From Alphaproteobacteria bacterium (GTDB lineage Bacteria > Pseudomonadota > Alphaproteobacteria > RF32 > CAG-239), in NCBI GenBank assembly GCA_045644765.1, contig JAZRHM010000013.1, positions 11,780 to 75,779 on the forward strand: a stretch of 64,000 bases of DNA. Direction: 5' to 3'. The notes under the pieces are model-generated. The model worked only from the letters and a program-made list of their open reading frames with translations. It was not told the DNA's origin and searched no databases. Numbering within the stretch: the stretch's first letter is position 1; each line of letters opens with the position of its first letter. Of the stretch, positions 47,705 to 57,965 are shown one piece after another. Position numbers and translations under genes: made by a program.

Positions 47705-48958
47705 TTATAATTGTATTTTAATAAATGTCATCGGATCAACCGGTACCCCATTGTATAAAACTTCATAATGAAGATGGGGCCCTGTTGAACGGCCACTTGA
47801 TCCTACCTCTCCAATTGCCTCATGCTGTTCAACATATTGACCTTTCTTAACGTATGATTTGTTTAAATGTGCATATTTAGTCTTAAAACCATTTCCATGG
47901 TCTATTTCGATATATTTTCCATAACCGCCATTCCAATCAGAGCGTATAACTTTACCTTTAGCCATAGTTTTAACTTTGTTTCCTGTATTACTAGCCAAAT
48001 CAACCCCCTTATGGGCAGCAGATTTTTTATTAAAAGGATCTGACCTTTTACCGAAAGGTGAGCTAAGCCAATAACTCCATACAGGTTTACCAACCGGAAC
48101 AGATTTCATAACTTCCTTATAATATGAAACGTCATTTATTATAGAAAACACTTCTTGCATTTTTTTGCTGAGTTCTTTATTTGAAACAGATGGAACGTCT
48201 GCCTCAAATTTTCCTCCGGTTGAATCTTTTTTACTGTTTGCCAGAGGGTTAAAATATTTATTTTGATTTTTCATAGATTTATTAATAGCAGATAAAGCAT
48301 CTTTAATTTTTTCCATTTCTTTTGTAGAAATTTTTTCCATTTGGTGCAAAATCTTAATTTCAGAATCTTCCAACTGCGCAACACTATTTTCTAATATTGC
48401 AATTTTTCTAACAAGTTCGTTTCTTTCTGATAAAGCCCTATCTCTTTGTAATAAAGCCTCACGAACCGTAACTTGTTTTGCGATATCTTCACTTTCTATC
48501 CAATCTTCACTATCGGTAATTTGTCGTATTTTTTCTTCCATAACCGAAGCTTGTTGCTTATACCTATTTAATTCAGTCTCATCTGTCAGTTGTTCTTCAT
48601 TAACTTGAGAAAACATTGAACTTACATTTCTGTGAACAGCAACAAAATCTGTCATCAAATCAACTAAAGCATCTCTTGCCTCAACTAATTCTCTGTCTTT
48701 TGTTGATATCAATTTATCTGACATATTATATAAATAATAAGAATAAGCGCTCCACATACCTATACCTACAAGTAATATCAATATAAATACTTGTAATCTG
48801 GAAGATATATTAAAAACTTTGGCACGACCACCACTCCGAAATATAATCTCCTTGTTAGAAAAAATAGGTTTCGGTTCAGTATATTGCACCTTTGTAGGTT
48901 TCTTAATTTTAATCTTATGCGTTTTTCTTATCATATAAAACCCAGTTAAAACAAACAA
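47705..48958 (-). CDS. M23-family murein endopeptidase with coiled-coil N-terminal domain (EnvC/NlpD-like)
   Basis: N-terminal TM helix. A long coiled-coil follows. The C-terminal LytM domain carries HxxxD and HxH (AHKGVDLAS…GSSGRSTGPHLHYEV). Confidence 0.85.
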   Translation of the reverse strand: MFVLTGFYMIRKTHKIKIKKPTKVQYTEPKPIFSNKEIIFRSGGRAKVFNISSRLQVFILILLVGIGMWSAYSYYLYNMSDKLISTKDRELVEARDALVDLMTDFVAVHRNVSSMFSQVNEEQLTDETELNRYKQQASVMEEKIRQITDSEDWIESEDIAKQVTVREALLQRDRALSERNELVRKIAILENSVAQLEDSEIKILHQMEKISTKEMEKIKDALSAINKSMKNQNKYFNPLANSKKDSTGGKFEADVPSVSNKELSKKMQEVFSIINDVSYYKEVMKSVPVGKPVWSYWLSSPFGKRSDPFNKKSAAHKGVDLASNTGNKVKTMAKGKVIRSDWNGGYGKYIEIDHGNGFKTKYAHLNKSYVKKGQYVEQHEAIGEVGSSGRSTGPHLHYEVLYNGVPVDPMTFIKIQL

Positions 48959-49021
48959 TTAACGCCCATAAAGGCGTAACTCGGCCTATTATAGCAAAAA
49001 AAATATTTAAAATAAAGCATT

Positions 49022-49429
49022 TTATTTATCAGATAGCTTTTCATCTAAAATAACAAACTCATTAGGTCCAACCATATTGAGAACTGTTCTTACCCGTTCA
49101 TCTAACAAATCGAGGTCTAAATTTGAAGATAACAAGTTAACCTGTTCGTTCCAATATTTTCTTTCTTTAGATTTTTTTGCATACTCTGCTCGAGCCAAAT
49201 TTACCTCATCAGTAAGATAAAAATATTTAATAAGGCCACGCTCACCTTTTACAAAATATACACTGAAATAAACAAATAATAAAGTCATAACAAAGAAAAA
49301 GCCCGAAGAACTTCTTATCTTGGAAAATATGTCATATAATCTGTTCATTTTTACCTCATTAAAAACTTTAACGAGCTCATTAGACATTATCATGGTTAAT
49401 ATTTGGTTTAAGTTAATAAACTTTTTCAC
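49022..49429 (-). CDS. ftsB: FtsB/DivIC-like septum formation initiator
   Basis: Single TM helix (FFFVMTLLFVYFSVYF) followed by a coiled-coil (…EVNLARAEYAKKSKERKYWNEQVNLL…). A GTG start overlaps the TGA stop of the upstream ABC transporter gene. The real N-terminus is uncertain. Confidence 0.6.
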   Translation of the reverse strand: MKKFINLNQILTMIMSNELVKVFNEVKMNRLYDIFSKIRSSSGFFFVMTLLFVYFSVYFVKGERGLIKYFYLTDEVNLARAEYAKKSKERKYWNEQVNLLSSNLDLDLLDERVRTVLNMVGPNEFVILDEKLSDK

Positions 49430-51204
49430 CCAGCTTTATAAAGTGTTGAATATGCTCCATTTTCTTTTGCCATAAGTTCATCATGAGTTCCTACTTCTAA
49501 AACTTTACCATACTGTATAACTACAATTTTATCAGCATTTTTTATAGTAGATAAACGATGTGCAACAATTAAAACTGTTCTATTTTTCATCAAATTATCA
49601 AGAGCTTGCTGCACGACAGCTTCCGATTTATTATCTAAAGCCGATGTTGCCTCATCAAGAATCACTATAGGGGCATCTTTAATAAATGCTCTTGCTATTG
49701 CGATTCGCTGTTTTTGCCCTCCGGATAGCAAAACCCCTCTTTCTCCTATCTGAGTATCAAGACCATTTTGCAGTTCGGAGATAAATTCTTCTAAGCATGC
49801 GCATTTAACGGCATAATCTATTTCTTTTTGAGTTGCTGTTGGTTTTCCCAGCAAAATATTATCTTTAATTGTCCCCGAAAACAAAAAATTATCCTGAAAA
49901 ACCACTGCAATATTATTGCGTAAAGATTGTAAATTAAAATCTTTGATATTTATTCCATCAATACTTATCTTACCTTCAGTAACATCGTAGAAACGAGGAA
50001 GTAAATTTACTATAGTTGTCTTGCCTCCGCCAGAATTCCCTACAAACGCAATTTTTTCTCCGGATTTAATAACAAGATTAATATTTTTTAAAACTGGTTT
50101 ATTATTTTCATATGCAAAACTTACTTTTTCATAAACTATACCTTTTTTTATCCCATTTAACATTACTGAAATTTGATTATCTTTAATACCGGGAGAACAA
50201 TCTTTAATTTCAAAAATGCGTTCCATTGCCATTAATGACATTTGTACATTATTATAATTATTTCCTATGCTTTTTATAGGATTATATAACATAATCAATG
50301 CAGCTATAAATGAAACAAAATTGCCGGCACTTATTTGGTGTGAAACAATTAAATAACTACCTATCCATATTACACATGCAATTCCTACAGATACTACAAA
50401 ATGCATTACTGGTGATAAAATACCGGTTTTTTGAACTATTTTAATTCCATTTTTAAACACTGTGTTAAGAGTGTTTAGGAATCGTTTATTTTGATAATCA
50501 TATAAATTGTAAGAGGATATAATTTTATTACCACTAAAAGTCTCATTATAATGTGTTACCACTTCAGCTCCTGAAAAGATACTTTTATCCATAACTGATT
50601 TTATCCTTCTTCTGACAGTTGTTAGTGGATATAAAGCTCCTAACAACACCACAACTGCTATAATCGCCAATTGCCAAGAATTATAGAATAATACACCTAT
50701 AAGTGAAATTGATGAAAATAATCGTGTTGTAAATAATTTCAGATTATTTAATAATCCGTTACAAGCCGTATCAACATCTGTATTAAATCTTAGCAATACA
50801 TTTCCTGAACTGTTTTTATCAAAATATGAACAATCAAAATACATAAGTTTATTAAATAAATCTGCTTTTACATCATTGGAAATTTTTCTCCCAACCCATG
50901 TATTTAGATATGTTGAAATATAACTAAGTGTACTTTGTATTAAACTAAAAATAATAATCAAAAATGGAATATACCACGTTTGGTACACATTTTTTTCTAT
51001 CATAACCACATCCATATATGGTTTTAATGACCAAGCAATTAGAGCATCTGCAGACCCGATAGGAATTGTTATTAAGACTGCACCTAATGCCCTACCTAAA
51101 TATGGTTTTACAAAAGGCAAAATTTTTACATAATTTTTAATTATAAAGGAAGTTCTTATTTTATTAAACATATGAAAACTTTCTATAATGTAAATATGCA
51201 GCAA
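49426..51204 (-). CDS. ABC transporter permease/ATP-binding protein (MsbA-like lipid exporter)
   Basis: Six-TM domain plus an NBD with GNSGGGKTT, LSGGQKQRIAIARA and ILDEATSALD. It ends in TGA (49426-49428). The start at 51171 (MFNKIRTSF…) is an alternative. Confidence 0.85.
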   Translation of the reverse strand: MLHIYIIESFHMFNKIRTSFIIKNYVKILPFVKPYLGRALGAVLITIPIGSADALIAWSLKPYMDVVMIEKNVYQTWYIPFLIIIFSLIQSTLSYISTYLNTWVGRKISNDVKADLFNKLMYFDCSYFDKNSSGNVLLRFNTDVDTACNGLLNNLKLFTTRLFSSISLIGVLFYNSWQLAIIAVVVLLGALYPLTTVRRRIKSVMDKSIFSGAEVVTHYNETFSGNKIISSYNLYDYQNKRFLNTLNTVFKNGIKIVQKTGILSPVMHFVVSVGIACVIWIGSYLIVSHQISAGNFVSFIAALIMLYNPIKSIGNNYNNVQMSLMAMERIFEIKDCSPGIKDNQISVMLNGIKKGIVYEKVSFAYENNKPVLKNINLVIKSGEKIAFVGNSGGGKTTIVNLLPRFYDVTEGKISIDGINIKDFNLQSLRNNIAVVFQDNFLFSGTIKDNILLGKPTATQKEIDYAVKCACLEEFISELQNGLDTQIGERGVLLSGGQKQRIAIARAFIKDAPIVILDEATSALDNKSEAVVQQALDNLMKNRTVLIVAHRLSTIKNADKIVVIQYGKVLEVGTHDELMAKENGAYSTLYKAG

Positions 51205-51249
51205 TGTCCCGAAAATATCAGGACATTGCTTTTTTATTTTTTTATAAAA

Positions 51250-51822
51250 TTAAAACGTATATTTTAAACCGGCGGTAACTTCTTTTAGGTTATTAACACG
51301 AGACATACCTAAATATGTATAACGCCCCATCACACGTATTGCCCAATTTTCATTAAAGTTATACTGAGCACCTATACCGGCGCGATATCCTATACGATTT
51401 TGGTGTTTAGCTTTAACTTCAGGATATTTAAATCTCCAACGATAGTTAGCTGCACCTAAAGAACCTAACAAATTCATATTACCGCACCATAATGGCATAT
51501 AACCATACAAATCGGCACCATAAGCTAAAAATTCAGCTTCATGTTTTCCATCAGGCTTAGAATTTTCTCTTTTTCCGGACATTTGGAAAAATGCTTCCAA
51601 TCCCATATAATCATACATTCTGGTTCCCATATATACAGAGCCTGAATGGTAGCTATCTTTCATTGATTTTGCCTTGCCGCCAAATTTAGCATAAGAGTAT
51701 ACATAATCTGCTCCGACATAAGGTTCAATTTCGTTAGCTATATTAGTATAACTGAAATCAGCAGCTCTTGCTCCAAATGCTATAAAGCTTGCAACACCTG
51801 CCAACAATAATGTTTTTTTCAT
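51250..51822 (-). CDS. small outer membrane beta-barrel protein (OmpA-like / OmpW-type 8-strand barrel)
   Basis: Signal peptide MKKTLLLAGVASFIAFGARA. Alternating amphipathic strands. The C-terminal aromatic residue (…GLKYTF) is typical of OMPs. Confidence 0.7.
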   Translation of the reverse strand: MKKTLLLAGVASFIAFGARAADFSYTNIANEIEPYVGADYVYSYAKFGGKAKSMKDSYHSGSVYMGTRMYDYMGLEAFFQMSGKRENSKPDGKHEAEFLAYGADLYGYMPLWCGNMNLLGSLGAANYRWRFKYPEVKAKHQNRIGYRAGIGAQYNFNENWAIRVMGRYTYLGMSRVNNLKEVTAGLKYTF

Positions 51823-52011
51823 ATTTTTGACTCCTATTTATAAATAGTTTTAAGTTATCACTTAATTGATTATTTAGTCCGTCAAAAGCATTATATAACT
51901 TTTGTATAATACTTCTTAAGTGTATATATTATGCAAAAAACAATTTTAAATAGTGCAAACCATTTTTTTTTATGATATGTGTTGAAAAATATAATTTAAT
52001 AAGGAAATATA

Positions 52012-52656
52012 ATGTCTTTTTGCCCGCCAAATGCTAACTGTTCGTTGTGTCCTCGTTTGGTTCAATTTCGTAACCAAAATAAATCTAAATTTCCTCATTA
52101 TCATAATGGGGCTGTTGAATCTTTTGGGAGCTTAAATGCTCAAATATTGATTGTAGGTTTAGCTCCTGGACTAAATGGAGCAAATCAAACAAATAGACCA
52201 TTTACCAATGATTACGCCGGAGATGTTTTATATCCTTGTCTGAAAAAGTTCGGTTTTGCAATCGGAGAATATAAAAAAATAAAAAATGATGGCTTTGAGC
52301 TTAAAAACATTAGAGTTTCAAACGCTGTACGCTGCGTTCCTCCTCAAAATAAAGTTACAACCGATGAAGTTAAAAATTGTTCAACATTTTTAATTGAAGA
52401 AATAAAAAATATGAAAAACTTAAAGATTATCCTTTCTTTGGGTTCTGTTTCTCATTCAGCGGTTTTAAGAGCTTTAGGATATCGTTTAAGTGAATTCAAA
52501 TTTTCTCATAGTGCACAACACACTCTTTATAATCATAATCTTATTTTATTTAATTCGTATCATACTTCTCGCTATAATATTAATACCGGAGTATTAACTT
52601 ATGATATGTTTGACGAAATAATTAAAAAAATTAAGGAACTAATTGAAAATGATTAA
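52012..52656 (+). CDS. uracil-DNA glycosylase family 4/5 protein
   Basis: N-terminal Cys cluster (CPPNANCSLCPRL) and the family motif ILIVGLAPGLNGANQTNRPFTNDYAGDVL (compare GEAPG…GxPFVGxAG). Confidence 0.75.
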   Translation: MSFCPPNANCSLCPRLVQFRNQNKSKFPHYHNGAVESFGSLNAQILIVGLAPGLNGANQTNRPFTNDYAGDVLYPCLKKFGFAIGEYKKIKNDGFELKNIRVSNAVRCVPPQNKVTTDEVKNCSTFLIEEIKNMKNLKIILSLGSVSHSAVLRALGYRLSEFKFSHSAQHTLYNHNLILFNSYHTSRYNINTGVLTYDMFDEIIKKIKELIEND

Positions 52657-54454
52657 AAAGTTAACCAATATTTTCATCAATACAATCACTCTTATTTTAA
52701 CTTTTATCTCTGTATTAACTTTATTAGCAGTACTAAAAACTATCCATACTTGGGGAGATATTTATTTTGAACAAATTATAATTGTTTTGCAACAAGGTAT
52801 CACCGGTGTAGGGAAAAATGTTATAAACTCTTATATTTATTTCGTATTATCCCCCTCCATTATAATTACATTGTTGTTGATTTTTTTCATCAACAGTAAT
52901 CGTAAGCTTATTGGGCTATCCCTATTTTTTATTATTACTTCTTTGTACCAAATCAATTTTTTCAAATACTTGATGAATGAAACCTTATACACCGATATCT
53001 ATAAAAACGAATATATCAATCCTGAGAATATTGAATTTAAATTTCCTGATAAAAAGAGAAATTTAATTATCTTATACCTCGAATCCATAGAAAAAGATTA
53101 TGCGTATCAAGAAATTACAGGCTCAAACCTATTACCTAATTTAACATTATTATCAAACGAAGGAGTAACCTTTGACGGATTTAGAGCTCATCCGACACAA
53201 AATTATTCCATTGCATCGATGGTTACCGGATTATGCGCAATTCCTTATAAATTTAATAAAGCAAAAAATTTTACCGATTTACGCAACTTTATGCCTTCAC
53301 TTATTTGCTATTCAGATATTTTAAAACAAAACGGTTATGATTTACACTTGCTTAAACCGACAACCTTAGCTTTTGCACGTTTTGGTCTTTTCTTTGAAAG
53401 TCACGGATATGACCATATTACAGGAATTGATGATTTTGAAAAAATATACGGATATAAATTAGAAGAACATCAAGGAACATCTTGGGGCTATAAAGATAGC
53501 ACATCCTATACACTGGCAAAACAAAAACTTACTGAAATTGCTAAAAGTAAAAATCCTTTTGTTTTTACCATGCTTACGTTAGACACACACGGCCCTGATG
53601 TATATTTAGATAAACAATGTACAACAACTTATAATAATACAAAAGATATTATTTTATGCGCCGATAAAATGGCTTTTGACTTTGTTCAATGGATTAAAAA
53701 ACAAGATTTTTACGATAATACAACCATTGTAATTATGGGAGATCATATTGTCAGCGGTAAAAATGAAATATACCCAAACCATAACGACAGACAAATTTTC
53801 AACCTTATTTTAAATTCATCAGCAAACAAACCTACAGATACGACAAATAAAAAATGGACTAATCTTGATATTGCACCAACCATATTAAATGCCATTGGTG
53901 CTGAATTTGACGAAGGCAAATTTGGTCTTGGTCGATCTTTATATTCAAATACGCCAACACTTTATGAAAAAATGGGGAAAAAACTTTTTACGGAATTATT
54001 AAAACAATCTGTAGAATATAACAAATTTAATACATACAATCTGATTTTCAAAGATTTATATACATTATATCCAACGTGGGGACACATAGTTAAGGGAGTT
54101 AAAAGCATTAAACAATATGCAGCGTTTTCAGAAGAACATATTAATACTGTTTGGTTAGACACTCTTTCATTTACACTCCCGGATAAGCCTCAAAAGGATA
54201 TAGTTTTAGAAGTTGATTTCTCTATTTTATTTATGGAAAATAATCAACGTAATATAAAAATTTGGATAAACGGAGTTCCTACAACTAATTTTATCTATCC
54301 GTACAACATAAAGCAACCTATAAATCAAAAAATAACTATACCTTACGATATCATCAAAGAGGACAAAAAGGTAAAGATTGAATTTAGAGGTGATGATTTA
54401 GGAGCCACAGCAGCTTCAGTTGGAATAGGAGTTATATCCTTTAAAATCTACTAA
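52643..54454 (+). CDS. sulfatase-like / LTA-synthase-family membrane protein (alkaline-phosphatase-superfamily transferase, OpgB/EptA-like)
   Basis: Five N-terminal TM helices followed by an extracytoplasmic sulfatase-fold domain (NLIILYLESIEKDY…THGP…IMGDH). 603 aa. Confidence 0.75.
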   Translation: MKMIKKLTNIFINTITLILTFISVLTLLAVLKTIHTWGDIYFEQIIIVLQQGITGVGKNVINSYIYFVLSPSIIITLLLIFFINSNRKLIGLSLFFIITSLYQINFFKYLMNETLYTDIYKNEYINPENIEFKFPDKKRNLIILYLESIEKDYAYQEITGSNLLPNLTLLSNEGVTFDGFRAHPTQNYSIASMVTGLCAIPYKFNKAKNFTDLRNFMPSLICYSDILKQNGYDLHLLKPTTLAFARFGLFFESHGYDHITGIDDFEKIYGYKLEEHQGTSWGYKDSTSYTLAKQKLTEIAKSKNPFVFTMLTLDTHGPDVYLDKQCTTTYNNTKDIILCADKMAFDFVQWIKKQDFYDNTTIVIMGDHIVSGKNEIYPNHNDRQIFNLILNSSANKPTDTTNKKWTNLDIAPTILNAIGAEFDEGKFGLGRSLYSNTPTLYEKMGKKLFTELLKQSVEYNKFNTYNLIFKDLYTLYPTWGHIVKGVKSIKQYAAFSEEHINTVWLDTLSFTLPDKPQKDIVLEVDFSILFMENNQRNIKIWINGVPTTNFIYPYNIKQPINQKITIPYDIIKEDKKVKIEFRGDDLGATAASVGIGVISFKIY

Positions 54455-54504
54455 ATATTGAATTAGCAAAAAATATTCATATTTTATCTCTGAGGAGATA
54501 AAAT

Positions 54505-55140
54505 ATGTTAAACAAAAAATTACAACCTTATATTTGTCGCTTTGCTGATTTTACATATAAAAAAGCTCTAATTTGTGCAAAATATCTTATTAATCATAAT
54601 GTATCGGCAAATATGATAACATTTTGTGGAATACTTTTTGCAATTTTAGGGCTCAATTTTTTAGCTATAAACAACTATTTTCTAGCTTTCATATGTTTAA
54701 TTTCTAATCGTATATGCGATATTTTAGATGGAATGTGTGCAAGACTAAAAAAAATCACATCCTTTGGAATATTTTTCGATATTATCGCCGATTATACCTC
54801 TTTTTCCTTATTCATATGGGGGTTTACGTTGGCAAATCCGCAAGATAATTCCGGAGGAGGTGTTTTTTTGCTTATATGCCTGTTAATATCAGCTGTTTCT
54901 CTTTTATCATATGCTCTTATTTCGAAACAAGATTACAAAAAAATCAATCAATCTAATGTAAAAATTTGCCTTTGGGGACATTTGCAAAACTTTGATACAT
55001 TTATCGCACTGGTTTTAGTTTGTATATTTAATCAACATTTTATGCCCATTAGCATATTTTTTAGTTTACTCTTACTGGGAAAATCCTTAATAATATCAAG
55101 TAAGGCATATTATACTTTAGAAATTAAAGACAAAGGCTAA
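54505..55140 (+). CDS. CDP-alcohol phosphatidyltransferase family protein
   Basis: Signature D-G-x2-A-R-x8-G-x3-D-x3-D present as CDILDGMCARLKKITSFGIFFDIIADY. 211 aa. Polytopic membrane protein. Confidence 0.75.
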   Translation: MLNKKLQPYICRFADFTYKKALICAKYLINHNVSANMITFCGILFAILGLNFLAINNYFLAFICLISNRICDILDGMCARLKKITSFGIFFDIIADYTSFSLFIWGFTLANPQDNSGGGVFLLICLLISAVSLLSYALISKQDYKKINQSNVKICLWGHLQNFDTFIALVLVCIFNQHFMPISIFFSLLLLGKSLIISSKAYYTLEIKDKG

Positions 55141-55148
55141 CAAAAAAT

Positions 55149-56966
55149 ATGAAACTTATTAAACTAATCTTTCTTATTCTCTTAACTTTATTAATGGTCA
55201 CCCCATCTTTTGCTTCCAAACAAAATTGGCAAAATGATAAGATTGATATTAACATATACTCTAAAAAAAACACTCAAAATAATTTTAATATTTTAGTTGA
55301 ATTAAAGTTAAAAAACGATTGGTTTATATATTGGGACAATCCGGGTGATGCCGGTATTCCAACTACATTTTCTTGGAATAATAACATAAAAAGAATTGCT
55401 AACAGCAAACCGGAAAAGAGAATATTTGAAGAAATTGTTGCGCAATACGGATATTCCGATGTAGCCTATTATTTATTTGAAGGCGCATCCGATAAAGATG
55501 AAATATCTGTCAATATAAGTTGGGAAGCTTGTAAAGATGAATGTGAAAAAGAAAATGCTTTCATTGAATTTACTTTATCTCAAAATGATGATATAATTTT
55601 TGATAATGTACTTGAAAAAGCACGTAAGACTTTTCCCAGTATATTAAACAAACCATTTTACACTAAAACTTCTTATAAAGACGATAATTACTTTTTAGAT
55701 ATAATAGTTGAAAATATAAATTCTGATGAAAAAATTTCAGATGCTTATTTTATCCCTTACCAAAAATCAACGATTATCAATGCTCAAAAACAAGATATTG
55801 TATTTAAAAACAACAAATTACAAATCAGAGCACAATTAGAAGGTCCGATTACTTTATCTCAAGGTGGATTACTTATATTAAATAATACTGCATATATATT
55901 AAATCTTAATCCTCAACATAATGATATATCATCATTTTCTTTATTATATGTATTATTTTTAGCATTTTTGGGTGGTATAGTACTTAATTTTATGCCTTGC
56001 GTATTTCCGGTATTAAGCTTAAAGGTTCTTACCATAAAACCAAATCAAAATAAAAAAGAAAATATTAAAAACGCTATTTATTATTTAGCCGGAGTTATAT
56101 CAAGTTTTTTAATCATGGCACTTTTACTTTATACACTAAGAAAAGGCGGAGAAGCTGTCGGTTGGGGTTTTCAACTGCAATCACCTTTATTTGTAGTCAT
56201 CATGTTAATTATTTTTATTATTTTATTTCTGATGACATTAGATATTATAACTATAAAATCTAGCATACTTAATTGTTTTACTAAATGGGGAAGCATCAAC
56301 AATTTCACTTCCGGTTTTTTTGCTGTATTAATAGCATCTCCTTGTACAGGCCCCTTCTTGGGCGTAACACTTGGCCTCACATTATTAACATCTCCATCAA
56401 TTTATTTTATAGTATTCTTCTCACTTGGATTAGGTTATGGTTTGCCGTTTACAATTTTAGAAATATATCCTGATAAAATTGCTAAGATATTACCTAAATC
56501 AGGTAAGTGGATGAAATCTGTAAAATATATACTTACCATACCTATTTTATTAACTTGTATATGGCTAAGCTGGCTTTTATACAATCAAACTTTGGTCTCT
56601 AAATTTGAACCTGAACAAAATTGGAAAAGATATGATGAAGTTGAAATCCGCAGCCTTATAAATCAAAACCAAGCAGTTTTTATTGATTTTACGGCAAAAT
56701 GGTGCTTAACTTGCTTATTAAATGAAAAAACAGTATTACGCACTGATGAATTTATAAAATTTGCTAAGGCAAATAATATCAATCTTTTCAAAGCTGATTG
56801 GACTGAATATAATAAAACAATCGGAAATGCTATAAAATATTTTGGCAGGAACAGTGTTCCTTTATATGTTTTTTATCCTCCACGAAACCCAAATTATATA
56901 ATTTTGCCACAAATTCTTGAAATAAATTATATTAAGTCAATTATAGGTGATAAAAAGAAAAAATAA
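55149..56966 (+). CDS. dsbD: thiol:disulfide interchange protein DsbD
   Basis: Signal peptide. N-terminal periplasmic domain. Central TM domain with a Cys pair (FMPCVFPVL … SPCTGPFLG). C-terminal thioredoxin domain with WCLTC. Confidence 0.85.
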   Translation: MKLIKLIFLILLTLLMVTPSFASKQNWQNDKIDINIYSKKNTQNNFNILVELKLKNDWFIYWDNPGDAGIPTTFSWNNNIKRIANSKPEKRIFEEIVAQYGYSDVAYYLFEGASDKDEISVNISWEACKDECEKENAFIEFTLSQNDDIIFDNVLEKARKTFPSILNKPFYTKTSYKDDNYFLDIIVENINSDEKISDAYFIPYQKSTIINAQKQDIVFKNNKLQIRAQLEGPITLSQGGLLILNNTAYILNLNPQHNDISSFSLLYVLFLAFLGGIVLNFMPCVFPVLSLKVLTIKPNQNKKENIKNAIYYLAGVISSFLIMALLLYTLRKGGEAVGWGFQLQSPLFVVIMLIIFIILFLMTLDIITIKSSILNCFTKWGSINNFTSGFFAVLIASPCTGPFLGVTLGLTLLTSPSIYFIVFFSLGLGYGLPFTILEIYPDKIAKILPKSGKWMKSVKYILTIPILLTCIWLSWLLYNQTLVSKFEPEQNWKRYDEVEIRSLINQNQAVFIDFTAKWCLTCLLNEKTVLRTDEFIKFAKANNINLFKADWTEYNKTIGNAIKYFGRNSVPLYVFYPPRNPNYIILPQILEINYIKSIIGDKKKK

Positions 56967-56993
56967 TAATTTTCAATTTTTTTTAACAATATT

Positions 56994-57965
56994 ATGTTAC
57001 ATGTGTTTAACCATGTTACAATCCGGATTAATTTAATGAATTTGAAAAGTTTAAAATGTTTTTTAGAAAATGAGGCTTTACACAAAGAGATTGTATATCT
57101 TAAAAATCTCAATCAAGGTGGAACGTCCATAAATTTAACCTGTAAAACTGCTGATGCTAAATTCTTAATTAAAATCCTGCCAAATACAAATATTAAAAGA
57201 GCCGAACGCTTATTAAGGATATTAAATTCATTAAAGCAAATATCAAATATTTATTCCCCCAACATTATTGAATTTAATGGGAAACAATGGTTTGAATTTG
57301 ATAATTATATTATTCTTATAATAGAATTTATAAATGGTAAAAAGCTTAAATATAAAGAATTAAACGAAACTCATTTAAACAAAATTTATACATCTTATCA
57401 ATATATACAACAGCTTCAATTAGACGCATTACCACAAAGAAAACCTGAACAATTATATAAAGAAAACAAAGAAATGATTGAACAGCTGTTAAAAACTGAA
57501 AATAATTTTCTTAAAAAGAAAGTCTTAAATAAATTAAATAGATTTAACAAGTTATTGAATATTGATACAAAATGTGATGATACACCGGTTATTATTCATG
57601 GTGATGCCAGTCTGAATAATACAATAGAGGATGTAAATAAAAATATTGCTTTATTAGATTTTGAAATGATAAGATATGGTTATATTGTAGAAGATTGGAC
57701 CGAATTTTTACTATCTTCCGTATTACAACATAGCATTTTATTTATTCCTAAAAGGCATTTGGAAAAATTAATCAAAATCACAAACAACTTATTTGAATTC
57801 AATATTGAACAATGGAAATATGGTGTAAATTTGTATTTCTTAAGTTTGATTAACAAGCGTCTAAAATCAAGAAAGCTTTTTAAATCAACAAGAAAAGCAA
57901 TCCTTTTCATTTTAAATATTAAAAAACATAAACAGATATACAAGATGCTTAACGAAATATACTAA
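56994..57965 (+). CDS. APH/ChoK-fold phosphotransferase (aminoglycoside/choline-ethanolamine kinase-like)
   Basis: Catalytic loop IIHGDASLNN and the downstream DFE metal-binding motif (LLDFEMIRYGYIVEDW). 323 aa. No signal peptide. Confidence 0.6.
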   Translation: MLHVFNHVTIRINLMNLKSLKCFLENEALHKEIVYLKNLNQGGTSINLTCKTADAKFLIKILPNTNIKRAERLLRILNSLKQISNIYSPNIIEFNGKQWFEFDNYIILIIEFINGKKLKYKELNETHLNKIYTSYQYIQQLQLDALPQRKPEQLYKENKEMIEQLLKTENNFLKKKVLNKLNRFNKLLNIDTKCDDTPVIIHGDASLNNTIEDVNKNIALLDFEMIRYGYIVEDWTEFLLSSVLQHSILFIPKRHLEKLIKITNNLFEFNIEQWKYGVNLYFLSLINKRLKSRKLFKSTRKAILFILNIKKHKQIYKMLNEIY

